Source: Euprymna scolopes (Eukaryota). Taken from it: a stretch of 64,000 nucleotides of DNA. Below are positions 50,173 through 62,515 of the stretch, in pieces; the stretch's first letter is position 1; each line of letters begins with the position of its first letter. The stretch is taken from NCBI GenBank assembly GCA_053919585.1, contig CM132786.1, one strand, 5' to 3'. A program made the translations under genes and the position numbers. The notes beneath the pieces are model-generated. The model worked only from the letters and a program-made list of their open reading frames with translations, had not been told where the DNA came from and ran no database searches.

Positions 50173-53100
50173 CCTAGAACCCCATCCTCCAACGTAGACC
50201 CCTACTACCAGGTCTCCTTCTCCAACATCAGGGGTCTACGTTCCAACCTTCCAGAGGTTGAAATACAATTACAGGAGACGAAACCGGACATATTATTTCT
50301 AAGTGAAACTGGCATAGGGCCACCCACTTCTCTAGACGAATTCATAATTAAAGGATACTCTAACTTAACATCTAAATCTGACCCCCCCCCCAAAGATCTC
50401 CATGGGCATGGAATATGTGCCTCTATCAAAGATGGCTTTCCATGTACTAGGGATATCCCCAGAGAAGACCCTAATTTACCTTATATGTGCTTCCGAATTG
50501 CACTAGCTTACACCACTGCATTTATATTTGCCCTCTATCGCCCCAACAACAATGGGGTTACTATCTTTAAGAACATATCTGAGAAAATTGAGCACATCCT
50601 TTCTGCTCATCCTTCGGCTAACATTCACATTTGCTGTGACTTCAGTGTCTATATTGTGGAATGGCTGACCCACTCAAATAAAACCGATGACGAGGGGAGG
50701 TTTTGTCATGATTTTGCCATTGCCTATGACCTCACTCAAATTGTTCACGAACCCACCCGTGTACCCGATACACCCGGTCAATATGCAAGCCTTCTATACC
50801 TTTTCCTCACAACTTCACCTGAGCTGTGTTCATGTTCCGTTCTATCTCCTATGGGATCCTTGACCACTCTGTTGTAGAAGTTAAGATAAAATGAAATGTT
50901 ATAAGTTTTCAGACGTACCTTTTCACCGTACTGTATATCGATACTCTATGGCTGACTGGGATAGCTTCCGTACATTCATATCTGACCTACCTCGGCATTC
51001 CATGTTAAAAGAGGATGTGTCCTCTATAGTATCAGACCTGACTGAATGGTTAATTGTAGGCATAGACCGATTCATACCATCGAAAAAATTCCAACAAAAA
51101 CCTAACAGCCAGCCAACCATGGTTCTCGCCTGAATGTGCCGCTGCCATCGCGCACAGAAATTACTTTTTCCATAGCTACCAATGTAATAGATGTACTGAG
51201 ACTAAAGCTGCTTTCAGGACTGCCAGAAACCACTGTAAAAGAGTAATAAAAATGCAAGAGAGCTATATGCTCAGTCTGTTAAATCCAAAGTAGCTGAGCA
51301 GCGGCTTGGTTCCCACCAGTTATGGTAAATAACAAACAGGATCTTGAACCGGAGCGTGCGTTCTATCCCAACTATCATCAATGGACCTGAGGTCATCTCG
51401 TTAGCATCAGACAAAGCCAGACTATTTGCCAAGAACTTGCAGATAATTCTATCCTATGTGACAACGGCCATCAAATCCCTGTATTTCCTCCTATAACGGA
51501 CAACACGCTATTCAACATGCAAATATCTGTGCGTGAGGTCGCCAAGCTAATCAAGAACCTTGATTCCAGTAAAGCAACAGGCTCTGACGGCATTCCAGTT
51601 ATAGTGCTGAAAAAGCTCCAACCAGAACTTGTCCCCATACTTAAAAAATTGTTTTAGCGTTGCCTTAAGACGAAGTGCTTTCCAACAAACTTGAAAACCT
51701 CATCAGTATGCCCTGTATATAAGAATGCAGGTGAAAAGTCATCTCCCTCTCAGTACAGACCAATAAGTCTCCTGTGCGTCATGAGTAAGTTGTTGGAATC
51801 CATAAAGAAGTAGTCAACCACTTCAACAGAAACAACCTTCTTAGTGACACGCAATATGATTTCCGCTCTGCAAGATCTACCGCAGATGTGCTAACGGTTA
51901 TATCGCATAGGATTAGTGAATCTCTTGACAAAGGTTTAACTTCCAGGGCAATTGCTCTTGACATATCGAAGGCCTTACATAAGGTATGGCATAAGGGCCT
52001 ACTTCACAAGATTTCCAGCTACGTTATTACTGGAAATGTTTTCTCAATCATTAATTCATTTTTCTCTGATGTAGGTTCATAAGAGTAGTGGTAGGTGGGA
52101 AGAAATCAGAGGCCAACAGTATTAATGCTGGAGTCCCTCAGGAGCCAATCCTGGGCCCAAATCTCTTCCAAATCTACATCAATGATCTCCTAAAACACAT
52201 ACTTAAATCATTCGTTGACATCTATGCTGATGACACGACCATCTATGGCAACACATCAAAGGCCGTTAATGACAAAGTTCTCTCTAATTCTCTGTCCTCT
52301 GATTTCGAGCGCGTGATACAATGGGAAAAGAGGATGGTGGTTACTTTTAATGCATCCAAAACCAAGCTTCTATCTTTACAACACCAACGCTCTGATCCCA
52401 TCTGGCATCAATTGAAAATGATGGCTCTCGTCTTGGGGAGGCTTCATGTTTTGACAAGCTTCTTGGTTTGACCTTTACTCTTGATCTGAAATGGAACACG
52501 TACATCAAATCTGTTGCCAGGGACACTGGGAAAATGGTGGGATCCTTCTACAGCCCCAGAAGATATTTTAGTACTGATGCAATTCTCTATCTGTATAAAA
52601 GCCAAGTGCGTCAAAGGATGGAGTACTGCTGCTACATCTGGGCAGGAGCTGCTAAAAACAGCCTATCTTACCTTGACAGAGTACAAAATAGACTTCGTGG
52701 TTTGATGGGGATGCCCTTTTCTCTTCCCTGCAACCTCTCTCCCACAGAAAAGACGTTGTGAGCCTGTCTTTGTTTCATCGTTATTTTCATGGCAAGTGCT
52801 CGTCTGAGCTCCAATCTACCCCCCGCCAATCATTCACGAGAAACACCCGTCTGTCTGAAAGTACTGTTAATAATTTCCCCCACTCTTTATCTGTGCCTAA
52901 ATCCAAACGTAGATTCCATGAGCAGAGCTTCTTTCTCAGAAGTGCACGATGGTGGAACTCTCTTCCGTTCGCCTGTTTCCCACCTGACTACAACTTGGAT
53001 GTCTTCAAATACAACATAAACAAATTCCTGACAAACCGCCCCCTTAAGTAAGACACTCTATCAAAACCCCCAATACTAACGATTACTACAATACTATCTC

Positions 53101-53182
53101 ATTGATTACCGTACACGCAATACCCCTTATCCCTGAGTGACCTCCGGGCATTGATAAGTGGTGACCCCCATGTAAAAAAAAA
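50173..53182 (+). mobile_element. LINE family B near-full ORF2 (APE + RT), disrupted, nested in LINE A
   Basis: SNIRGL, FLSET, CDF, EPTRVP (AP endonuclease); KATGSDGIP, YRPISLL, LDISKA, YADD (RT); 3' UTR hairpin cttatc..gataag and A tail. Confidence 0.93.
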
Positions 53183-53269
53183 GTGGCAATGTTCCTTGTT
53201 TGGGGTGAAATTGAAGTAAAAAATATCATAATGAATGCCCCCCCCCAAATATAAAATTGTTCTTATTAA

Positions 53270-53930
53270 AAAAAATTGATTCACCGCTTATACAGTATAG
53301 CATAAACCCGACAAATATTTTACTACAAACTAACAAAAATAAACCAAACCCTTTATAAACAATAATTTTCCCAATAAAATCGTCGATAACCACATAAAAC
53401 TCTATTTAAACTTACTCCACAATAAAAACATAAAGCCTAACCTCAACAAAAACGACATCAAAGTATAAAATTCAACTACACTTGAACCACAAAACCGATG
53501 AAAAAATAATAACAAACCTAATTAAAAGATACACCAGACCTACCGAACAAAACAAAAATATTAAACTAATAATATATTATTTTAAATTTTAATCCTCCAA
53601 TCTAATAATTAAAACAATAATAATACTAATAGCACACTAAACCAAACTAATGTAGTGTATAAATTTATTTGCCCCTTCGAAGAATGCCTCCGAACCCACT
53701 CTAAAAACTCATACATCACACACATAAGCCACACCACAACAACACTCTCCCGGCGATTAACCTATCATATCTTAACTAACAATACTAAAATTCGATACCT
53801 TAACAATTGCACACGACTAGAATTACTAGAAGCCATACTTATAAAAAATTATAGCCCTTTTTTAACCGAGTCCCATTTAACATAGGGAGAAATCTACTAA
53901 TTGTATTCAATTACAAAAAACTAAATAAAT
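53270..53930 (+). mobile_element. Penelope-like element C-terminal (GIY-YIG) remnant
   Basis: NVVYKFICPFEEC..YI..HTTTTLSRRLTYH..LELLEAILIK. Confidence 0.6.
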
Positions 53931-55837
53931 AAATAAACTACAAAATAAGAAAATCGAAATTAAAAATAAAAATAATCCCCCCAACCATCCTGCATCCANN
54001 NNNNNNNNNNNNNNNNNNNNNNNNNNNNNNNNNNNNNNNNNNNNNNNNNNNNNNNNNNNNNNNNNNNNNNNNNNNNNNNNNNNNNNNNNNNNNNNNNNNN
54101 NNNNNNNNNNNNNNNNNNNNNNNNNNNNNNNNNNNNNNNNTAAGACGAACCGATAGAAAGCGCTTGAGCAGAATATTGCCGAACAATAACTTTTGGGTGC
54201 CATTTTATACACACGTCAACCGAAATATAAAGACCGCTCGGCGAATGGAAAAGATATCCAGAAAAATCGGAAAAAGAATAACTCTGTTGTGTACAATCAA
54301 ACGTGCTTGAAANNNNNNNNNNNNNNNNNNNNNNNNNNNNNNNNNNNNNNNNNNNNNNNNNNNNNNNNNNNNNNNNNNNNNNNNNNNNNNNNNNNNNNNN
54401 NNNNNNNNNNNNNNNNNNNNNNNNNNNNNNNNNNNNNNNNNNNNNNNNNNNNNNNNNNNNNNNNNNNNNNNNNNNNNNNNNNNNNNNNNNNNNNNNNNNN
54501 NNNNNNNNNNNNNNTAGGCGATTTCACAAAGCCGCGAGGAATATCTAGTCATCCACAGTCACACTGTTTTTCTGTATCACAGAATGAAGAAAAAGAAAAA
54601 AGAAACTGATATGTTGTGATATCAGCTTATCGTTACTGTTTACATTTCAAACAATCCATACAATATTTTGAACTTATATTTTCAGTCTGGCTCGTTTTGA
54701 CTTAGGTTGAGTGTTTTCAGCGTCTCTTGCACTTTAAGCTAGACAGTAGACATGAAAGTCAACAATGAAAGCAAAGCTATTTACTGCGTTTGATCTTCCA
54801 TAATTCCTTCTTTACGATGTTTAGAGCGACAACACACACCGATCAACCCCGACCTGCATCACTTTCCCGATTGTTTATTCCACCGCAAATACGCCCACCT
54901 CAAAAAAGTATGTAAACATCCATCTATCTGATGTCGCTTTGGTGACGTTCGTCGCAAGGTGTAATTCCGTGTGTCATTCCCTTAATTGAGAATAAATGCA
55001 TATTAAAGAATACTTAAAAATAAGTAGTACAAAAAAGGAAAAGGATTTTTTTTAAAAATCAATAACAAACAAATATTAATGGACAAAATCAGAAATTAAA
55101 GGATATATTTTATTCGTTCATTATTTAATTTATGATATTTTTTCATTAAATATCCCAATTTATTGCACATTTTATTAGCATTTGTTTACTTTGCTTTTTC
55201 AAAAATTAATAAATTGAACGAAAAAATACTATTTAGTAATAATTTTTAAATTCAAATATCGTTATTAAATGCAATTATTTATTTTACTTTTTACAATTTA
55301 ATAAATTAAAAGAAAAAGAATAATTCTAGGATTAATAGAAAATAGAATTAATATTAAATTATAACAACTAAAAAGAAAAAATATTAATGGAAACCACTTA
55401 AAAATGGAACCAAATTGAAATAAAAACTAATTAATAAATAAAACAAACAAATTATAGAAAAACTTAAAACATTAAAGCTAATTAACAAATCAAAACTAAA
55501 AAAATATTTAAATGAACTATTTACATGAAAATAAAAGATATTCGATGCATTTACAAAAAAGCAGATAACAAAATTACACAAAAAATATTTAAATAAAAAA
55601 TTAATTTCAATTTCTATTAAAAGAAAAACCGAAGAAAAACATTTTTAAAAATGTGCAAAAACACGTTTATCTCACAAATATACATTTCGTAAACATGTGC
55701 AAGTATCAAAAACATTATTTCCTATTTCGAAATTGCAGTTCTTGTTTCGAAAATGCGAATTTGATTTTAATTTTCCTCATTATTGGACCTACGGTTTCCA
55801 ATTTTTATTGTAAACAAACACTTTTCTTCTGTATTTG

Positions 55838-55840
<3 letters not shown>

Positions 55841-55910
<70 letters not shown>
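55841..55910. repeat. (ATT)n microsatellite; many (AT)n, (GT)n and (AG)n tracts elsewhere
   Basis: Directly visible. Confidence 0.98.
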
Positions 55911-55911
<1 letters not shown>

Positions 55912-56000
55912 GGACTACTAATTATTAAGAGGATGTAACCTGCGACTTTCCACTGGTGTATCTTGTTTAACTCTGCGATCTTTCTGTCAAAGTCGGCGAT

Positions 56001-56031
<31 letters not shown>

Positions 56032-56249
56032 ATGTATGTATGTATGTGTGTGTGTGTATGTGTGTGTATGTGTGTGTGTGAAACGGCACTAATTCTATTT
56101 GGGTTTAACCGGCTACCTCCGAAGCTCCATGAGAGTAAGAAATTCAAAAGCGATCTCTTATCGCATGTAAATCTCCGTTAGGTGAGACGACGACATTAAG
56201 ATTTTGCAACCCATACAGGGAGGTGCCGACGTCCTCCTACATATAGCGG

Positions 56250-56320
56250 CTCGAAATCCCAAATTGATCACCCATTTTAGTAATGATCATGCTTAACGTT
56301 GCTTAACTCTGCGATTCATA
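56250..56320 (-). pseudogene. 5S rRNA-derived fragment (SINE3-like head)
   Basis: Minus strand gaatcgcagagttaagcaacgttaagcatgatcattactaaaatgggtga follows the 5S internal control region. Confidence 0.5.
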
Positions 56321-57510
56321 GGGAATTTCGAAAAGAACCGCACAGACGTGCAGCATAACGGAAATAAGTGCTAAATGTAATCAGGTCTAAGTGAAAACCT
56401 TTTGGTGGTTGAAAGTTCAGTGTAGGAGGGGCTACGCTAGAAATACAAATGCAAATACTTTCGACTTCTATACTATGCGTTCATGGTTGAAGGAGTGAGA
56501 GCAAGCATTCCTCATGGATTAAGGAAGGGGCTCTGTTCGAAAATTCGTACAAATGCCTGATTTCGACAAAAAGATTTCAAGAGTTCGATTTTATGAAATT
56601 GGAGATGGTCGGAGGTTGCATCAGCCGAAAGGTTGTAAGAATAACATCCAAGAAAAGAATCGTAGAATAAAAAATAAAATCGCAGTTATAAATCCTCATT
56701 TAAAAAATTCCAGAACACTTTTTTATTTAATAGTTTGATTGTTCTTCCTTAGTTCGTGTATTACGCGGAGAAAAAGGCCAAATATAATTTTTTAATGCCA
56801 AACTGCCTAAAAAGAAGACAAATTCACGAAATTTGGCTTTAAAAAATCTAATCAGGCAATCTTGGATACGAATATAAAGGTGATGTTCCTTTGATGTTCG
56901 AGTATCATTATAATAATAATCTATGGATTTTGTTGTAATAGGGTGGAAAAAGGACGTGCAGCGGTTTTTCAGAGAAGAAAGATCTTAGCTAAACGTTACG
57001 TAAAAGAGGGCGCATCTAAAAGAAACAGGGCAAAACAGGACCACTGTTTCCCAATAGATGCTGGACTGAAAGAGATAATTAAAGATAAGGTCAGTTCTAT
57101 ATTTAAAATACAATGGGCGCTATTTTTTATAGAAATGTAAATAAACTCATATCAGCTTGGTAAAAACATGTTTGTTGATTAAATATATTTCTAATTCTGT
57201 GAAATTTCCACGGATCCTGCTATTATAAAAATATGTTACTTACTTGGAAATTTATGGTTTCGTCATAAGTATCAAACATTTCTTGGAATTGGTATTGTTT
57301 GGTCAGTTAGTCGAAGATGCACTTTCCTAATTATTACATGTTTATTTAGGATATTATTACCGTTCGCTTGAGACACTCTTACTGGGGAATATCCACAGAT
57401 ACTTTTTCGATTTTTTTTTTTTTACTTAAATAAAGCCAACTCTCGGAGGACTTTGTTTTTCTTAACTTCCGCTCTGGTATTTGCTGTTGTATGAAGCAAA
57501 AATATATTTT

Positions 57511-57840
57511 AAAATACAAATTTAACAAGAATAAAAAAAGCATTGGAAATGCAAAAGGATATAGGGATGGTATGCCAAAAAGTATACAAACAAGATAGCT
57601 ATGAATGGCTAGGCACATGGAAATAGAATTGCATCCAAAGTATAGCCCAATAGCTTTTCTCCAATCTTCATTCCGTGCCATCATTACGGTTGTAAAAAGC
57701 TATAGGGCTATACTTTGGATGCAATTCTATTTCCATGTGCCTAGCCATTCATAGCTATCTTGTTTGTATACTTTTTGGCATACCATCCCTGTATCCTTTT
57801 GCATCTCCAATGCTTTTTTATTCTTGTGAATTAGTATTTT
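57511..57840. repeat. Long fold-back element: ~133-bp arms, 36-nt spacer
   Basis: 57525-57658 vs 57695-57827, about 4 differences, extending imperfectly to 57511/57840. Confidence 0.95.
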
Positions 57841-58158
57841 TACTTACAGTCTTATTTTTAAACTTACATTCATGATAGTATTGTCTTTTTTAGGAGGCGG
57901 CTCATTGCCGCCTCCATTAGCAGCAGGTCGCTACCTGCTGGGTTTTAGGTCTTTGGGTTTTGGGCCTTAGGAGTTGCCTCTTGGTCCTCCATCGGTTCTA
58001 TATTACATAGAGAGTGCTACCGCCTCTCTGATAAAACAGTTAGAGTATTATAAAGTTCTAAAATGTTGATACTTTCACTATTAAATTTTTCTTGGTTCAT
58101 TCTTTGGCGTTTTGTAAAGATTTGGCAGTTTTTGATATTTATATTTATAATAGTTTGT

Positions 58159-58680
58159 GCATGAGGCAGCTTTTTCCCCCTTGGGATCCCTGTTATACCG
58201 TGCTTTTGAGTCAGCACGTGAGGCAGCCTTCTTTTTTTCTGGTTCTTTGTTATAAGGAGCACGTGAGGCAGCTTTTTCCCTCGGAATCCCTGTTATACCG
58301 TGCTTTTGAGTCAGCACGTGAGGCAGCCTTCTTTTTTTTCTGGTTCTTTGTTATAAAGAGCACATGAGGCAGCTTTTTTCCGTCGGAATCCCTGTTATAC
58401 CGTGCTTTTGAGTCAGCACGTGAGGCAGCCTTCTTTTTTCTGGTTCTTTGTTATAAAAAGCACGTGAGGCAGCCTTCTTTTTTCTGGTTCTTTGTTATAA
58501 AGAGCACGTGAGGCAGCTTTTTTCTCCTCAGAATCCCTGTTATACCGTGCTTTTGAGTCAGCACGTGAGGCAGCCTTCTTTTTTTCTGGTTCTTTGTTAT
58601 AAAGAGCACATGAGCCAGTTTTTTCCCCTCGGGATCCCTGTTATACCGTGCTTTTGAGTCAGCACGTGAGGCAGCCTTCT
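58159..58680 (-). repeat. Coding-type minisatellite of alternating ~57-bp and ~45-bp units
   Basis: Units share gcacgtgaggcagc; minus strand translates to KKAASRADSKARYNRDPEG / KKAASRALYNKEPEK, with frameshifts in the A runs. Confidence 0.9.
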
Positions 58681-59404
58681 TTGTCTCAGGATTTGCATGA
58701 TACTTAATTTTTATTATTTCAACATTTTTCTGATAGTATTCTTTTTGCTCAGATAATACCTTGACTTTGTTTTTTTCATAGTCTATATTTCTCTGAGCTT
58801 TTTTTACTACGTGCTGACTTTGGCATTTTTTATTAAATGTAAACATATAACACTTATGCGTATCTTACTATAATATCACCTATCTTATAGCAAGACAACT
58901 CTCGTAGAATTGAGATACTGCCCCGTCACTAATAGTTAAAGTGTGGAACGGTATATACACCAATAGTGTAGTTGTTATCTTTATATGAAGTCCTAATCAG
59001 TGACAGTGGGAGGTTACTTGGTTAATTTATTGTAGTTTATTTTAGAAAACTTACTTGTTTTTATTAGTAGATTGTGTATAGTAGCCACAATATCTAGTTA
59101 TTTTTGTGGCTAGGGCTTGGATTTTGATTCTTTTTGGTCAGCTTCCAGTGAGTTCTTAGAAGATGACTTTCTTGCAGTTTCTTTTGCGGTTAATTTAACT
59201 TATTTCCTTTGGCGTTTGGTGAGTTCTTAGAAGAACTGGTCTGATCTACTTTTCTTAGCGAGCGAAGAGATTCAGCTGCATTTAACAATGGTTGCTATAG
59301 TGTATTTTTGCGCATGCGTGAGAATTTCAAGTTTCCTCCTTATTTTTCAATAGTTTGACAGTAGTCATGTGTCTTTCTGCCAAGAGCGACAGACGTCAGT
59401 GTTA

Positions 59405-59476
59405 GCCGTGATCGTCTACAGGTTAGGACCCCACGTTGTGGCCGTGCTAACCTAGGTTCGAATCCTGGTCACAGCA
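59405..59476 (+). tRNA. tRNA-His(GTG) variant or young pseudogene
   Basis: Close to the insect-type tRNA-His sequence as recalled, about 5 substitutions incl. acceptor- and anticodon-stem mismatches; intact B box; T run downstream. Confidence 0.75.
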
Positions 59477-59859
59477 TTGACATTTTGTATATATTTTACA
59501 GTCCAAAATCTGAAGAATTATTTGTTTTTATAGCATTGTTTTTTTACGTCGTACTTGCTGATAGGTTACTCTTATAACAATTTTGATCAACTGAGATAAA
59601 GATTTCGTGGTTTCATTAACGCTGGTGGGTTACTGTTTAAAGAAAAAACCTTAACGTTCACGTCAAATATTCAGCGTCCAAGAAATATAGGCCACTGGCA
59701 AACTGGAACGTCTGTGAGCATCCGGTGTATTATTTGGAGCTGTCCCTTTTGAGAGAAGTTCTGTGTTTGAAGTGGTCTGTCTACATTGGGTATATAGTGT
59801 TTAAAACTTGTTATTACACGTAATCTTATTTAATTATGGAGTTAGCTAAAAAGCGATGG

Positions 59860-60214
59860 GTCACTTCACTTCTCCGTGTAAAGAGCAGTCGATTGATGCT
59901 TGAACTGTTGTAAGAGACCGTTCATACACCGAGATACATCGTCTCAAAAGAAAGAAGAAAGAAGAAGAATAAAGAAGAAAGAAGAAAGAAGAACAATTGG
60001 CCATTTTTGTACCCTTTTTTTTTTTGCTCTCTTTTGACATTTTAACCGACGTTCTGACACTCGCTGGATTCGTAAGACGCTTCTCTGTAAGAATATGTGC
60101 TTTTTGAAACTTATAAGTTGATTTTAGTTGAGATTTGGATAGTTTTGTTTTGTAGGCGTATATAGGCGTGTACGGGCCATCCATATATAGAGAGTGCTGC
60201 GGCCTCTCTGATAA
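59860..60214 (-). mobile_element. HINE/DINE-like element
   Basis: Minus strand starts ttatcagagag-gccgcagca-ctctcta (hairpin) and has an internal (ttc)n tract; the same terminus occurs at 58007-58034. Confidence 0.5.
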
Positions 60215-61078
60215 TCGTGTTTAGTTAGACGGAAATTTTGTTAAGTGAATACTAAGATATATCTTGTTTCGACACAGAAGCTAAAATTGCAGCTTGAAAA
60301 CAAGTGCGTGACACTCTTTTCACCACAATTTCTATTAACGAGTATTGTTAAGTAATGGAAGGTCGATACTGGAGTGATTTGTACGGCGTGATCTTTGTCA
60401 GCTACAGAGCTCAAGCAAGTAATTGAGTGCAACAGTAAAGCAACCCTAATATAAATAGCACATATGTTTTTATTATTATTATATAAGTCACTTCAGACAA
60501 AGCGTGAAGCCACTTAATGTAAGTTGCGGACAAGAACGAAAGATGATTATTACAACGACAGCAGATGTCTATTTATATTATTCTTGAAAAGACCCAAAGT
60601 AAAGCTGGGGGAAACAACGAGCAGGAAGAGAGTTACGCAACTTGTCATTCTTGGAAATGAGCTACTGTTTTGCAGGAAAGGTGATCGTAGATTGAAGCTC
60701 AGTCGAGCACTTGCCTTGCACACATTTTCTCTCTAAGCGCATAGATTGGATATGCGTCTTTTTGTATTAGATTGCTTACAGTGCCTTTGATGAGAAAAAT
60801 ATGACCGAATAAGTCGAAATATCAAGGATTTATTAATTCTCAACAAATTTAGAAAGTAATTAAATAACTTCATGCAGGTTTTTGATTAATATCTCTTCGT
60901 CTTATCTTCCGTTTTGAAATTAGTCATTATAATTTTAACAAATGAATAGCTTTTGATATATTTGTATCAACGATAAAAAAAATGAACTCTCCCGTCGATT
61001 TCGACGTATGAGGTTACGCCACAACGATTAACTTGTTCGGAAATCCACACAAATGATTTGTTGATACCGCATAATCAC

Positions 61079-62400
61079 TTTTTTTTGTTTTTTTTTTTTG
61101 TTTTTTTTTTTACATTTTCATCTCAAACAAGGCACATTGCCACTTTGCTGTAGGGGGCTACTATCAGGGGCAACAACTACTGGGGTACTATGTTGGGATT
61201 TGGGCAGCAAGATGTCGGTTCACCTTACACTTGAACTTCTGCACGTTAGTACAGTTGGGGAAGCAGGGACCTGGAATGGAATTCCAAAGTCTATCGGTTT
61301 TTGGGAAGAAACTATTGGAGTAGAAAGACCTTTTACATCTAGGGATCTCTACAGTGTGGAGGTGGGATTTAGCAGCCTGTCGGGTTTTTCGAGGGTGTTC
61401 ACGTTGTGGTGGCACAAGTACTAGCAGTTCGTCAGAGCATTCTCCATTAAAGTACTTGTAGAACAGGCAGAGGGATGCACCGTTTCGTCGATGGGACAGA
61501 GGCTGAAGCTTAGATGCTAGTTCAGGACCTATCAGATTTGCGACTCTCTTTTGAACCTTGTCAAGGAGCGGGAGACTAGTAGCAGATGCACCAGCCAAAT
61601 ATGACAGCAATACTCCATACATGGGCGAATGGTAGCCTTATAGAGGTACAAGATACATTCGGGTGTTAGTAGTTTTCTAGTACGGTAGAGAGAGCCCACC
61701 TTCCTTGCAGCGGTCCTGGCGATGCCTTCAATGTAATTATTCCAACATGTTTCCTGTGAACGTTAGGCCAAGGAGTTTGAAAGATGTACTCTCATATAAA
61801 GAGTCGTTGGCCATTGCTATTGGTGGTAGAGAAGGTTTCTTGTAATTATTGAATGAAACTAATTTAGTCTTGGCGGAATTGAACGTGACCATCCATTTTT
61901 GTCCCCATTCCACTACAGAGTGGAGGCCATCCTCTAGTGTTTCTGCCATTTCTTTAGATATGAGTTCATTTGTTTTCCTGTCGTGCCTGTTATAGAGTGT
62001 TGTGTCATCAACATATATACCCATCTCATAGGCAATTTTGTCGGGAAGGTCATTTATGAATATCAGGAACAGTGGAGGTCCAAGGATAGACCCCTTGGGA
62101 ACTCCCGCAACTTTATCATGTTGTTTCGATGTACGACCGTCGAGGACAACCTGGATTTTTCTCTTATCTAAGAAGGATTTAATTATGTTAAGTATTCTAC
62201 CAGTGATACCGTATGATCTGATTTTCCTGAGGAGACCCTCATGCCATACCCTGTCAAAAGCCTTAGATATATCTAGAGCTACCGCTCTGCCCTCCCCTGC
62301 TTTGTCCAGTGAATGGTATATACGTTCAGAGATTACAGTTAGGATGTCTGCTGTGGAACGGGCTTATCTAAATCCATATTGTTGGTCAGTCAGAAGTTTA
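61079..62400 (-). mobile_element. LINE family A 5'-truncated copy
   Basis: [34 protein letters not shown], family-A 3' UTR, poly-T. Confidence 0.93.
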
Positions 62401-62401
62401 G

Positions 62402-62515
62402 CATCCACCGGTTTAGTTGCGATCGGTTCACGCTAGATCACCGATGTTAAGCAACAATGTGCCTGGCCAGTACAAGATGGGTTACCATTTGAGAAACCTA
62501 GGCGCTTTATGTACC
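62402..62515 (+). pseudogene. 5S rRNA-derived sequence (pseudogene or SINE3 head)
   Basis: atcggttcacgctagatcaccgatgttaagcaac..gccagtac.agatgggttacc aligns by eye to animal 5S rRNA boxes A/IE/C. Confidence 0.7.

Noticed and set aside
58159-58680. CRISPR-like repeat/spacer pattern
   Set aside because: Intervening segments are themselves repeated, the context is eukaryotic and there are no cas genes.
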